Shown here: piece after piece, positions 1 through 11,539 of the stretch
How the letters are laid out: each line of letters opens with the position of its first letter
Position numbering within the stretch: the stretch's first letter is position 1
From: Scyliorhinus canicula
Lineage: Eukaryota
Direction: 5' to 3'
Assembly: GCF_902713615.1 (NCBI RefSeq)
Contig: NC_052149.1
Location: 234,272,069-234,336,068, forward strand
DNA: 64,000 nucleotides
Position numbers and translations under genes: made by a program
The notes under the pieces: model-generated
Database searches by the model: none
What the model was told of the DNA's origin: nothing
What the model saw: the letters and a program-made list of their open reading frames with translations, nothing else

Positions 1-189
1 ACAAATGTGTAGGCTTGTAAAATGGATCACTGAACTGTTATCCCTAGCTTTGACTGGAAATTGACTAATGATGGGGAGACCTGGCTCCGTCCAAACCCCC
101 CCCCCCTCCCAATAACACCCCCCCCCCCAAACTAGCTATTTTTTCACCTGGCCAAAATCCCACAGTTTTTAGAAATATATTTGTTAAGG

Positions 190-500
190 TGACGTGGGCG
201 TCGCTGGCTGGACCAGTATTTACTGCCCATTCTTAATTGCTCGGTCATTTAAGAGTCAACCACGTTCTGTGGGGTTGGAGTCGGATTTAGACCAGACCAG
301 CTATGGATAGGGACATTAGTGAACCACATGGGTTTTTATGACAATCGATTAATTAGACTTTTAATTCCAGATATTTATTGAATTCAAATTTCACCATTTG
401 CCGTGGTGGACCTTGCACAGGTCCCAATACCATGGGTCTCTGGATCACTAGACTTGTTTTTTAACCAGTCTAACAAACGACTAAGGCTACTGCCCTCAAT
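190..500 (-). mobile_element. Degenerate retroposon (LINE-3'-tail-related shark repeat)
   Basis: gacgtgggcgtcgctggctggaccagtatttactgcccat matches tails at 21140-21190, 31564, 44617, 57415. Confidence 0.55.
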
Positions 501-917
501 TTATGTATAAACCGCCAACCACTTCCTCATTTTTTCACCATTTTGCTCAAATCATCATTGTCAGTTGTACAGCCCTTTCCCTCCCGTTACCAGCACCCCC
601 CCCACCCAAATTCCACTCTTATTTTCTCCCAGACATATTCTCCTTTCCTGTGTGTCAACCTGTCGACTGTGACACTCATATTCAGTCATTTGAATGTGAA
701 TATAATTACCCCTTAGCTTCTCACCATTGACGTTTGGCCCTCCTGAAACACCTCACTGAACAATAACACACTTATATAGCATCTCTGCCACAGAAAAATG
801 CTCACACGTGTTGCAACAAAGAATAATCAGATTCAGAATTGCCACCAGCCAGAGGAAGATTTTGGAAGACATGACTTGCACGTTGTTTCAAAGAGGTAGG
901 TGTTGAGGAATTCTTAA

Positions 918-1270
918 GAATCACAGTATCACAGAAGAATACAGTGCAGAAGAGGCCCTTTGCCCCTTAAATCTGCACCAATGCATGATAGACACCTGAC
1001 CTGCCTACCTAATCCCATTTTCCAGCATCTGACCCATAACCTTGAATGTTATGACATGCCAAGTGCTCATCCAGGCACTCTTCCACCCTCCCAGGCAGTG
1101 CATTGCAGACCATCACTAGCCTCTGGGTAGAAAGGTTTTTCCTCAATCCCCCCATAACCACCTGCCCCTCACCTTGAACTTATGTCACCTCGTAACTGAT
1201 CCTTCCACTGAGGGGAAGAGCTGCTCTCTATCCAATCTCACCATGCCGCCCATAATCTTGTGCACCTCAA
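918..1270 (-). mobile_element. CR1-clade LINE 3' end fragment
   Basis: tacagtgcagaagaggccc tail and ccaggcagtgcatt...ctctgggtagaaa RT C-terminal sequence. Confidence 0.7.
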
Positions 1271-1274
1271 TCAG

Positions 1275-1920
1275 GTTGCTCCACTATTTTCTCTGGGGTG
1301 TGGGGGTGAGGATGCTGGGAGTGATGGCAAGTAGTGCAGGGTGGGGGTTCAGCGCCCTCCTGGTTGAGGGGGTTGGGTAACTGGTGTGTGGGATGGGGGT
1401 TGGTGCCAGGGGCACAGTGCTGCCTACTCACTCTGGCCACCCTGAGGAGGTTATACAGTTTTCTATGACACCGCAGGACCGTCCAGATGGTGTTACTCAT
1501 GCTGCTTACTGCCTCTGCCATGTGTGCCCAGGCATGGTGAATGGCGGCAGCTGGCAGCTTCCCGCCCAGGATCAAGGGTGGCCCAGGTCTCATCCAATGC
1601 ATCCAGGAGGGTCTCAAGCTCAGCGTTAGTGAATTTTGAGGCCGCTCTTCTGGTTGCTGTCTTGTTGGCTGGGATGGTGTGTGTGGGGAGTGTAGTGTGC
1701 AAATGCAGCTGCAGCTTGTAAGCCTCCTCAGTGTCAATTGTGAATCCAGTGAATATGGAAACATTTCTCATTGGAAATGATTGTGTTGCACGTGATGCCG
1801 GAGCTAGCCCCTCAAAGGTGGCTGAATCGGTCCAGGTGTGGTGCCAGTTTTTCTGTCATGGAAGTCCACAAATCATGCCCCATCGTCAACACTTAGTCTC
1901 AGGAACGGTCTTTCATCCCT
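1275..1920 (-). mobile_element. Harbinger/PIF transposon fragment with Myb/SANT-like ORF remnant
   Basis: RRAASKFTNAELETLLDAL...AWAHMAEAVSS...CHRKLYNLLR; right end (cacttagtctca) shared with the element at 4348-6203. Confidence 0.65.
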
Positions 1921-2002
1921 ATGGCTTTCTCAAACCAACTCCCAAGTTTAATCTTTCAAGTAGCAGACAAATAAACTAATATCATAGAATGGGGCATTCT
2001 AT

Positions 2003-2250
2003 GGGGCAGCACGGTAGCATTGTGGATAGCACAACTGCTCACAGCTCCAGGGTCCCAGATTCGATTCCAGCTTGGGTCACAGTCTGTGCGGAGTCTGCAC
2101 ATCCTCCCCGTGTGTGCGTGGGTTTCCTCCGGGTGCTCCGGTTTCCTCCCACAGTCCAAAGATGTGCAGGTTAGGTGGATTGGGCATGATAAATTGCCCT
2201 TAGTGTTGGGTGGGGTTACTGGGTTATGGGGATAGGCTGGAGGTGTTGAC
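2003..2250 (+). mobile_element. tRNA-derived V-SINE (HE1-like)
   Basis: ggcagcacggtagc A-box head, gtgggtttcctccgggtgctccggtttcctccc V-domain. Confidence 0.88.
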
Positions 2251-2255
2251 CTTCT

Positions 2256-2587
2256 ATGAATCATAGAATTTGCAGTGTAGAAAGAGGCCATTCAGCCCAT
2301 CTAGTCTTCATTGGCCCTTGAAAAGAGCACCCAACTTAAGCCCAAGCTTCCACCCTGTACCCGTAACCCAGTAACCCGACCTAACCTTTTTGACACTAAG
2401 GGGCTATTTAGCGTCGCCAATCCACCTTACCTGCACATCTTTTAACTGTGGGAGCAAACCGGAGCACTGGGAGGAAACTTGAGCAGACACGGGGAGAAAG
2501 TACAAATTCCACACAGACAGCCAATTGAACCTGGGACCCTAGAGCTGTGATGCAGCAGTGCTAATCATTGTGCCACCGTGCCGCCCT
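2256..2587 (-). mobile_element. V-SINE (HE1-like) with CR1-type tail
   Basis: Reverse-complement copy adjacent to the previous one. Confidence 0.85.
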
Positions 2588-3159
2588 AATGTGGAACACA
2601 ATTGGCTGAGCTAATTTGTGATATTTAACTTTCACACCCCAAGTTTATTGCTTTCTTCCAATAAAACTGATTTTTTGGAAATCCATGCTCATTTTGTGTA
2701 ACCCGAGTTGAAATCGCTCTGATCAGGTTTCCAGTCATCTTACAGCAACAAATGGGCCTATCCAAATATATGGACGGTATTCTCTGTTACTATGCATGTG
2801 ATGCATTACCCTTCCTTAATCTTTCTACAAACTTTCCAATATTTGGTCATATCATTTTCCTGCAACACATTTTGTTCTTTAAGCAGTTTGATGTGAGTGC
2901 CCTAGATTGTTGACATTATGACCTACCTGACCATGGCTGGAAAAACTCTAGCAATGGCTTATTTTTCCAATAAAACAATTATTTCTGGAGTTCCCAAGGA
3001 TCCATTTTAATTCCAACTCTTCCTCATCTACATGCTACTCATTGGCAGCATTGTTTGCCAATGTGGGGTCCACTTCAACAGGCACAATGATAATGCTCAG
3101 CTCTATCTCTCCAAAACCCTGCTGGAACCTCTCCTTTGCCGCGATTGGTTTTGGTGATC

Positions 3160-3710
3160 TTTCTTATATCTTATTTACTTTGTTCATCAAGGTTGGTGCA
3201 TTTTGGTCGATCGAATTGGGGCAGGACCTGCTCAGTTAATAACAGGGTGTTGAGGGGAGTTATAGAACAAGAAATCAGGGAGTACAGGTTCAAAGCTCCT
3301 TGAAAGTTGAGGCACAGATGGACAGATTTCTGAAGAAGACATTTGGCATGCTTGGATTCATTGGTCAGGATATCGAATACAGGGGCAGCACGGTGGCACA
3401 GTGGGTTAGCTCTGCTGCCGAGGTCCCAGGTTCGATCCCGGCTCTGGGTCACTGTCCGTGTGGAATTTGCACATTCTGCCCCACAACCCAAAGATATGCA
3501 GGCTAGGTGGATTGGCCACGTTAAATTGCCCCTTAATCCACTCCTGAATACACTCAACAAATTTCTCTCCATCCAAGCCCCTAATACGGCTGTCCCAGTT
3601 GGAAAAGTTAAAGTCCTCAACTACTTTTACCCTATTTTTCTTGCAGCCTTCTGTAATCTCCTTACACATTTGCTCTGAATTGTTCGAATAGTCTATGAGA
3701 TTGCTCTTCC
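3160..3710. mobile_element. CR1 fragments (+ RT, - endonuclease) around a short V-SINE (3382-3537)
   Basis: FGMLGFIGQDIEY; VVEDFNFSNWD; ggggcagcacggtggcacagtgg. Confidence 0.65.
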
Positions 3711-4347
3711 ATTTTTGCCACACGTTCCAAGATGATGTTAGGGAGGATTATGATCTGCAATTTCTGGTGCTGAGGCATATGCGGTTGTTCCATCCGATTG
3801 TATTCCTTTTCAAAAGCGGTTTGGTGCAAACATTTCAGGTAAAGGCAACACATTTTGTACCGACAGTTCTTTAATGAATCTGATCTATTTCACAACAATC
3901 GATAGTTTTATGGTCAGCTTCACTGAAACGCGCTTTTGATTCCAATTGTAGTAAACAATTGAATTGAAATGTCACTTATCTGCGGTGGTGGGATTTCAAC
4001 AGGTGTCCCAACAGCTTTAGTCTGGGCCATTAGATTACTAGTCTGGTAACATTACCATTATGCCAACTTCTCCATCTCAACCATGCACTTGTTTTGAATC
4101 GCAACTACTGCAAAACAAAATACTTGAAAGTTCCACAAGAGGCAATGAGAAGAATGACTACTGCCTGAGAGAAGAATACTTTGCAAGGGAAGTTAGCATT
4201 CCCTGCATTTTAAACAAAAGGATGCGGATGTTTTCAAGGAAAGTCTCAACAGCAGCCTTGTGTTGGTTTCACAACTCTCCCAACAGATGGCGTAGTTTTA
4301 AATACATCATTGCTGCTTAGAAATTATTGTACAGAATGTCAGACGAT

Positions 4348-6203
4348 GGGTGGGATTTTCGGTTTGCCGACGGCGAAATCGTGAAATGCGATTGGGCGGA
4401 GAATAGCTTCTGACACCAAAATCAAGGTAGGTGCCAGTTTGACGCCAAATTGGGATGCTCCGGCACCTCGAAAATGGCATCAATGCGCCGCTCGCAGTGT
4501 AGGGTAAAAGTACAGTGGGCATATCATGAGCGGGCCTGACGCCCTCTGCTCTGTGGCCTCCGTGATTCACCGCCTCTGATAGGCTGAATTCCCGACAGCG
4601 CCAATCACTTGTGGTTTTACAAATTGTGGACCGGGTATGCTGGCTGCTGAGTGAGAGAGAGGAGATAGGAAATGGCTGGAGTGACTGCCAGGCCAGAAAC
4701 CGGCGTGCTAGCTGTAGTGGGAGGGGTCCCTGCCAGAGACGGGGGAGGGAAGTGGGTGAGAGGGCGGAGGCTGGCCAAGTGCCAGTGCGCCTCTTCCATG
4801 GGACTGGAGTGGCGCCTGGACAATGACCGCCATTACACCAGCCACCTTGCTGACCACCCACCCTGGTCCCTGCTTCCACACAGTGACACTGGCCATATGG
4901 GTGCGCCTCCCCTAGCACCCGACCCTCCATCACAGCACACCCCCTCCCCCTGGTGCTGAACACCCCAGCCAACCGGCAGCCACCCACCAGTGGACAACCC
5001 AGGGGCACACCCACGGCAGCCCCCAGTAAGGGCAGTGTTAGCCAACCGTGCCCCTGGCAGCAGGTAGGATGACAGGATTGGGGACAATGATGGGGTTGGA
5101 TACCGATGTGGGAGGTGTGCGCGGGGTGGGGGGGGGGGGAATATGCGTGTGTGGGGCCCGCAGTGCCACCGTGTAGCCATGGAAACTGGCTGGGCCTTCC
5201 ACCCCCTTCAGACAATGGCATTTGGATGTCAACCTGCAATACTGGCTGCTGTGGTGATGGCTACAGCCCTGCGAGATTCCCTGTGGCCGCGTGAGTTCGG
5301 GTCGCTCAGAGAGGAGGAGGAAGCTGAAGCAGTGGAACGGGCTGCAGAGGGGTGGGTGGTGGTTGCATAGGCTGGAGGGTCGGCCACCCAACAGACCGAG
5401 GGGGAGGAGGAGGTTCCATGGAGGCGCGTGTACTGGCACCGCATGCCATTCAAGGACTTGCCGGACCGGGCATGCCGTCAGATATTGCAGATGCAGAGAG
5501 ACAGTGCGACACACCTGCCAGATTATGGCACACCTGGCACCATAGGGGTATGGGGGGGGGGGGGTGGGGGAGGGGGATATCCGCTCCTGGTGACGGGGTC
5601 CATCCAGTTGGTGAGTGGGGACCTGTCTGGTGCATTGGTGCATAGGTGCATCCACGCTATCACGGACGCCCTATATGCCCAGGTGGATCAGTACATCGAG
5701 TTTCATGTGGACCAAGCCCACCATGATGCCCGGGCAGCGGGTTTCGCTGCCATTGCTGGGCTGCCCCGGGGTCAGGGGGCAATAGATGGGATGCATGTCG
5801 CACTATGGGCATTGGCGGATGAAAGGCCCCTGTACACTAACTGAAAAGGGTTTCACTCGATGAATATCCAGTTGCACTGTGATCACCAGCTGCACATCGT
5901 GCACGCCTGTGCCCGATACCCATGCAGTGTGCACAACCCCTTCACTTTGGCAAACTCGGTGATCCCCGACATTTTCGAGGGGCACTCAACCCCAGCTGCG
6001 GGGTTGGCTCATGTGCATCAGCCATGGACCCAGCAAATATGGCGCCGTTTTGCATGCAACTGGTTGTGTTCCACATGGAAATGGTGCGAGCCCATTTGGA
6101 GTTGCTGAATCGGTGCAGCTGTTGCACCATTTTTCCTGTCATAAAACACTACTGTTCCCACACCGTCATCAGCACTTAGTCTCAAAATTGGAGAATCCAG
6201 CCA
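4348..6203 (+). mobile_element. Harbinger/PIF DNA transposon, internally deleted, decayed HARBI1-like DDE transposase (~5180-5985)
   Basis: GFAAIAGLPRGQGAIDGMHVAL...N*KGFHSMNIQLHCDHQLHIVHACARYPCSVHN; imperfect TIRs ggtgggattttc / gagaatccagcc. Confidence 0.85.
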
Positions 6204-6349
6204 GACATTTTTCTGCTCTGATTCTGGATTTTCAGATGAGCACGCTAAATTCTGAATCAATAGGCAAAATGTTAATATATAAACCATTCTTGCACATAAC
6301 TTTGCACGAGTGCTAACTGTTACCATAATGGTCATTGTGAAATCAAAGT

Positions 6350-6620
6350 ATAATCAGATACCACCCGACCACCCCCCCCAACTGTCCCACCAGCCCCTGC
6401 CGAAGACCCCCTGTAGTGGAACGCCTCCCCACCCCCCCCCAACTTTGGCAGCGCTGGACACAATCCGCAGCCGCCAGTTCAGGTTCACGAAAGTTGAGAG
6501 GACATCCTCGAGAACGGCGTTTTCGAGGGGCCGAGCATCCAAAAAACGGCGCCGCCAGAGTAAAAACGGATTCTCCGGCCGATCGATGAACGATGGCAGC
6601 AATCGGAGAATTCTGCCGAC
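6350..6620. mobile_element. Non-autonomous Harbinger-like end fragment
   Basis: CpG-rich, ends in cggagaattctgcc resembling the TIR at 6190. Confidence 0.45.
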
Positions 6621-8419
6621 ACTTTCTGGAATAGTGACTAAATTGATACGTGTACACATGTCAGCATTTTCCTTGGTCTAGTCGTGCACTTCTTAACTTT
6701 TCCATTTGTTCTTCCTCCCACAACTTTGCGAGTGATACATTTTTGGCCAGTACGAAAGCTAGGTAGATTTACAATTTATTAAATTAGATGGATTGAATTA
6801 GTTTCAAATTTTATCCACAAGGGTGAACATGCTCAAGTGGGTGGTCTAAAGTTCACATATGCTCTACTTCTTAACTATAGCATCTCTTATTCCAAGTTTA
6901 ACTTTACTTTATTCTGTGTGGAGTTCTTGCTATTTTGACTTAACAAGATTATTTATTTATTTATTTAAATTGTGCTTCCTTTGGCCCCACGTGCGTTTTC
7001 TAAACTTATGTAATTCCAATTGTCTCTTAAATTATCCACCAGCTATAATCATCCAAGTGACCAGGCTCAGTATAATTTCCAATATGACATGCGATTGCGA
7101 CCTCCTCGCCTATGTTAAATATCGTTTCGATTTTGTAATTGAGCACTTTGCTGTCCATTCGCCATGGACCTCATCCCATGCGCTTGAAAATTGAGACTTC
7201 ATTGACTTCTGTCAAAGTTACATTGATGGCTGTCAGGTCTCGGTAATCCTTATCCTATGACTTATTCAGAAATCTTCAAAGTTGCATTATTTCTCCTTGC
7301 CCTGTCCGAACTTTCTTTCCATCGTCCTAATCTATCCCATCTTGTCACAATGGACTGTGTACCTGTCAGTTTTCTTTGGATTTATACTTCTACACTAACT
7401 AGAAACTTCCGCTTGTTTGATCGTGCGACAGGGAAATAGGTCTTGATTTTTTCCATATTCATCCATTGGGCAAAGGGCGTCGAACTTTAATTTTAGGAAG
7501 ACTGATGTCTTCATCTCTGCTGCAAGTCGAAGGAACAGGCATCTTTGATGACACACACTTAAAAACATTGCGAGTGTATCTTCACCACATGGACTACAGA
7601 GATTCAAGAATGTGGTTAACCAGCACCTTATGATGTGCAATTAGAGAAGGACAATAAATGCTGATCTTTCCATGGACGTCAAGCCCAATGAGGAAAGGAA
7701 TATAAAAGGAAACTGTTTATTTCACTTGATTATGCCTTGGCTCACTGGGTTCAAAGAATGTTTCAAATTTAGTTACAGTGCTACCACAGCATTCCCGAAG
7801 ATTGCTTTCTTCTTCGTTTCTGAATAATGCTTTGCATTCCAATAATTCTCAATTCTCTAAAGAACTTAATTCTGTTTAAAATTTGAACAGTGCTCTCGAA
7901 TCTTCTATGTCACAGCCGGGAAATTCCAATCACTCCTCGGTACGGTGAAATGAGTAACCTTTAGTTTCATGTGACATGTTTATCATTCAATATCTCTCCA
8001 GTATTACTCTTCCTGCTCGTCGATGTCAATATCCTGAATTATGTAAAGAATTTTGACATTTCGCTCTTGTTATGTTGCATAAATAGAATGGAGATATTAT
8101 ACTCGCTCTTGCGAACTTCATTGTAAACTCACTGTCTCGCTCATTCTTTACTTCCCGCTGTGGTCTATTGGTTTTTGAGTCGTAAACTTCGTCAACATTA
8201 CCTTTTAATCTAACGGGAACTGCAAGTCTCGCCTCTTTATAACCATATTTTGAGCTTTGGCTCTTCACCTAGATTTGTTGATTGAAATATAAGGAAAGAA
8301 CTGGAAATTAGAAAATGAGGTGACAATTTGCAATTTTTAAATCAGTTTTTAAAACGCTTCAATCCAAACGAATTAATTTCAATGAATCATTGAAGCAAAC
8401 GCCGTTCACTGTCCAGAGT

Positions 8420-8960
8420 CAAAGTCCAAAGACTTTGGTTCAGTGGATTGGCCATGGTAAATTGCCCCTACTGCCAAAAAATGTTAGGAGGGGTTATTAG
8501 GTTACGGGAAACGGTGGAAGTGTGGGCTTAACTGGGTCGGTGCGGACTCGATAGGCCGAATGACCTCCTTCTGCACTGTATGTTCTATGTTCGTCCTTGC
8601 ATGGAGTAGTCATGGCACGGTAGCATTGTGGATAGCACAATTGCTTCACAGCTCCAGGGTCCCAGGTTAGATTCCCAGCTTGGGTCGCTGTCTGTGTGGA
8701 GTCTGCACATTCTCCCGGTGCGTGGGTTTCCTCAGGGTGCTCCCGTTTCCTTCCACAGTCCAAAGATGTGCCGGTTAATTGGATTGGCCATGCTAAATTG
8801 CCCATAGTGTCCAAAATTGCCCTTAGTGTTGGGTGGATTACTGGGTTGTGGGGATACGGCGGAGGTGTGGACCTTGGGTAGGATGCTCTTTCGAAGAGTG
8901 GTGCAGAATCGATGGGCTGAAAGGCCTCCTTCTGCACTGTAAATTCTATGAAATTCTATG
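8420..8960 (+). mobile_element. Two V-SINEs (3' fragment 8420-8590; full copy 8612-8960)
   Basis: V-domain and ggcctccttctgcactgtaaattctatga tail. Confidence 0.85.
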
Positions 8961-9506
8961 ACCTGCACTACTCTTCCTCAAATCTTCAACTCTCTGTGGG
9001 AAATTAGACTGAAATAATATAACTTATATAACGATATTGGGAATATGGAGCGAACGTGGGGGAATGGAGTTTTATTAATGTCCTTGAATGGTGGAGTAAG
9101 ATCGAAGGGATCAGTGGTTTCTACGTTTATAAACGTTGGACTTGATTTTGAAATCCTCAAAATATGAAAATCATGAATAATCATTCATAGATGCAGGTTG
9201 TTACCTTTGGAGATCATGATGTCCTAAATTTTACCTCGCGAAAAAGTGCTCATGTTGCGACCAGTACTAACAAAAGTGCCTGAAGTATATTTGCCGTTGA
9301 TTGCTTTGGAAATGAAAGCAGAACATTGAAATACCAATCAAGAACATTCCAAACTTTGCGGCGTTTAGAAAGTGTGAAAAATTATTTTTAACACGCAATG
9401 CAGCTACTTATGTTGCCTGCGTATGCTGATTGTGCAGCAATAAATCGCTTTTCCATGGAACAATGCAACTTTAAGAATTGTAATGTGTAGTTATTGGCAG
9501 CGAATT

Positions 9507-9529
9507 GTTGTGTCGCTGTGTACCAAAAA
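9507..9529 (+). promoter_or_regulatory. CSE-like (CGCT-core) promoter element of the pseudogene
   Basis: gttgtgtcgctgtgtaccaaaaa, ~235 bp upstream of the pseudogene ATG; variant of the element at G1-G4. Confidence 0.75.
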
Positions 9530-10167
9530 GGAACCCTGGTGTAGACAGAGACCCATTGTCCCTCCCGAACAGAGGACCAGAACAGGCTGAAGGAGAGTCG
9601 TCAGTTGCATTCATTGAGATTCTTTTGGGAGGGGAAGAGGGCGACTATTTGTATATTTGGCACTGACATATATCGATTGTGTGGTCGAGCTAGTTCTTAC
9701 GTAGAAATATTTTGTAAATTTCTACAACAATCCGGGCGGATACAATGGCGATTTCACAGAACTGCAACGCCTTGATGTATATGATTATTATTTTCCTGCT
9801 TTGTGCAATTAACCTGGGATTTGGAGACCCGAGGAACTGAAATATGGCGCCTCTGTTGGGAGTGTTGCTAAAGATTTTGGTCCAAACATTTGGCGACTGT
9901 CAGCTCGAGAATGTGTTGTCACCATTGGTGGAAGGCAGTATTTGGATGTAAATATGGAGAGTGGCGTCTTATTTATTTCCAAAAGAATGGACAGGGATCA
10001 GCTCCGTCCAGAAACCCGTCCTTGCTTTCCAAATGATAATAGATAACCCTATCGAAATGTACGTCGGTGAACTGGTGATTATAGATATAAATGATAATTC
10101 GCCTCGTTTCCCAAAGAGTGCCATTCTCTGACAACTGGCTGAATCTATTGCACCAGGCTCGAGTTTT

Positions 10168-10181
10168 CCGCTAGAGGGCGC
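10168..10181 (+). promoter_or_regulatory. Exonic CTCF-site-like motif (eCBS-like), consensus match
   Basis: CCGCTAGAGGGCGC in the FPLEGA codons of EC2; one-mismatch copies CCGCTAGAGAGCGC at 28731, 40381, 54574, 62425. Confidence 0.65.
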
Positions 10182-10737
10182 GCTCGATCGATCGAGACGT
10201 GGGGACAAATCCAGTCACCAGTTGCAACCCTCAGCCCCAGTGAGCGCTTCAGTCGAAACGTGCAAACCAGAGAGGATAATAGTAAAATTGCAGAGTTGTT
10301 GTTAGAGAAACCCTTGGAGGGCGAACGGCAAACATCCAATCAGCTTGTACTTGCCGTTGATGGTGTAATCCCTCGAAGGTCTGGGACAATTCAAATCAAC
10401 ATTAATGACAGTGCGCCTATATTCGAGCATGAAGTGTACATGGCGAGCTTGATGGGAACCCCCCCACCGTACCTTGGTAATTAAAATCAACGCTGCCGAT
10501 CAGGAATAAGGAACGAATGCGGAACTGAAATATTATTTCAGCAATCTTGACTCCCGCAGTGCGGGTGAAAATTTAAACTCCAATCCTCTTAGATTTATCA
10601 TGATACGTTGATTACGAGTGGCTTGTTCGACCGCGAAATTACGCGTCTATACAACATACATATCTTAGCCTGAGATTCAGGGTCGCGCCCACCATCATCA
10701 AATAAAACATCAGATAGCGGTGTCTGATATAAACGAT

Positions 10738-10955
10738 GTGAAGATGCCGGCGTTGGACTGGGGTGAGCACCGTAAGAAGTCTTACAACACCAGGTTAAAG
10801 TCCAACAGGTGTGTTTGAAATACTAGCTTTCGGAGCACTGCTCCTTCCTCAGTGATTAAACTTCACCTTTACCCGAGGAAGGAGCTGTGCTCTGAAAGCC
10901 AGTGTTTGAAACAAACCTGTTGGACTTTAAGCTGGTGTTGTAAGACTTCTTCCTG
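10738..10955. mobile_element. Miniature palindromic Penelope-end derivative with two inverted hammerhead-like motifs, 13-bp TSD
   Basis: Arms aagaagtcttacaacaccaggttaaagtccaacagg / cctgttggactttaagctggtgttgtaagacttctt; TSD tgatataaacgat at 10725-10737 and 10956-10968. Confidence 0.85.
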
Positions 10956-11539
10956 TGATATAAACGATAACGCCCCAAGGTTTGCTCGACCCATGGACCA
11001 CAGTGTATGTGACGGAGAAAAACGCTCCCGGTGCTTCTATTTTCGCAGTGACAGCTTTCGATCCTGACCAGGGTCAGAATTCCTACGTCACTTACTCTTT
11101 CATAGACAGCTGATTCAAGATTTACCATTGTCAAATTACCTCAATCTTAATTTGACGAACGGGATTACGCGCTACTCTCTTTTTGACTACGAGCGAGTGA
11201 AAAATTTCCAGATTAAAGTCCAAGCCCGAGACGCTGGCGTTCCCCCTCTGAGCAGCAGCGCAACATTGAATGTGATCATCCTGGATCAGAATGACAACGC
11301 TCCGGTAATTGTTTCAGCTTGAGCACAGAGCGGATCAGCAGGAGTGGAGGTTGTGCCTCAGTCAGCGGGCCAGGGGTACTTGGTCACCAAGATTATCGCA
11401 ACTGATGCTGATTCTGGTCAGAACGCACGGCTCCTCTATCAGATAGTTGAATCAACTGATCCCACTCTGTTCTCTGTTGGGGCAATTCGGCGGACATCAG
11501 AATAAAGCAAAGCGTTTTGGAGCAAGATGGCCCAACTTT

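Larger units (their letters stand above)
9745..11535 (+). pseudogene. Clustered protocadherin pseudogene (divergent 5' half, frameshifts/stops, most of EC3-EC4 deleted, TE insertion, truncated in EC6)
   Basis: ACAATGGCG start; fragments YLDVNMESG, DINDNSPRFP, FPLEGALD, ELLLEKPL, FQIKVQARDAGVPPLSSSATLNVIILDQNDNAP; upstream CSE-like element. Confidence 0.92.

Noticed and set aside
2003-2075. tRNA-like sequences at SINE heads
   Set aside because: Pol III heads of V-SINEs, not tRNA genes
4307-5239. 310-aa and other GC-rich overlapping ORFs
   Set aside because: Stop-poor GC-rich Harbinger interior; no recognisable domain
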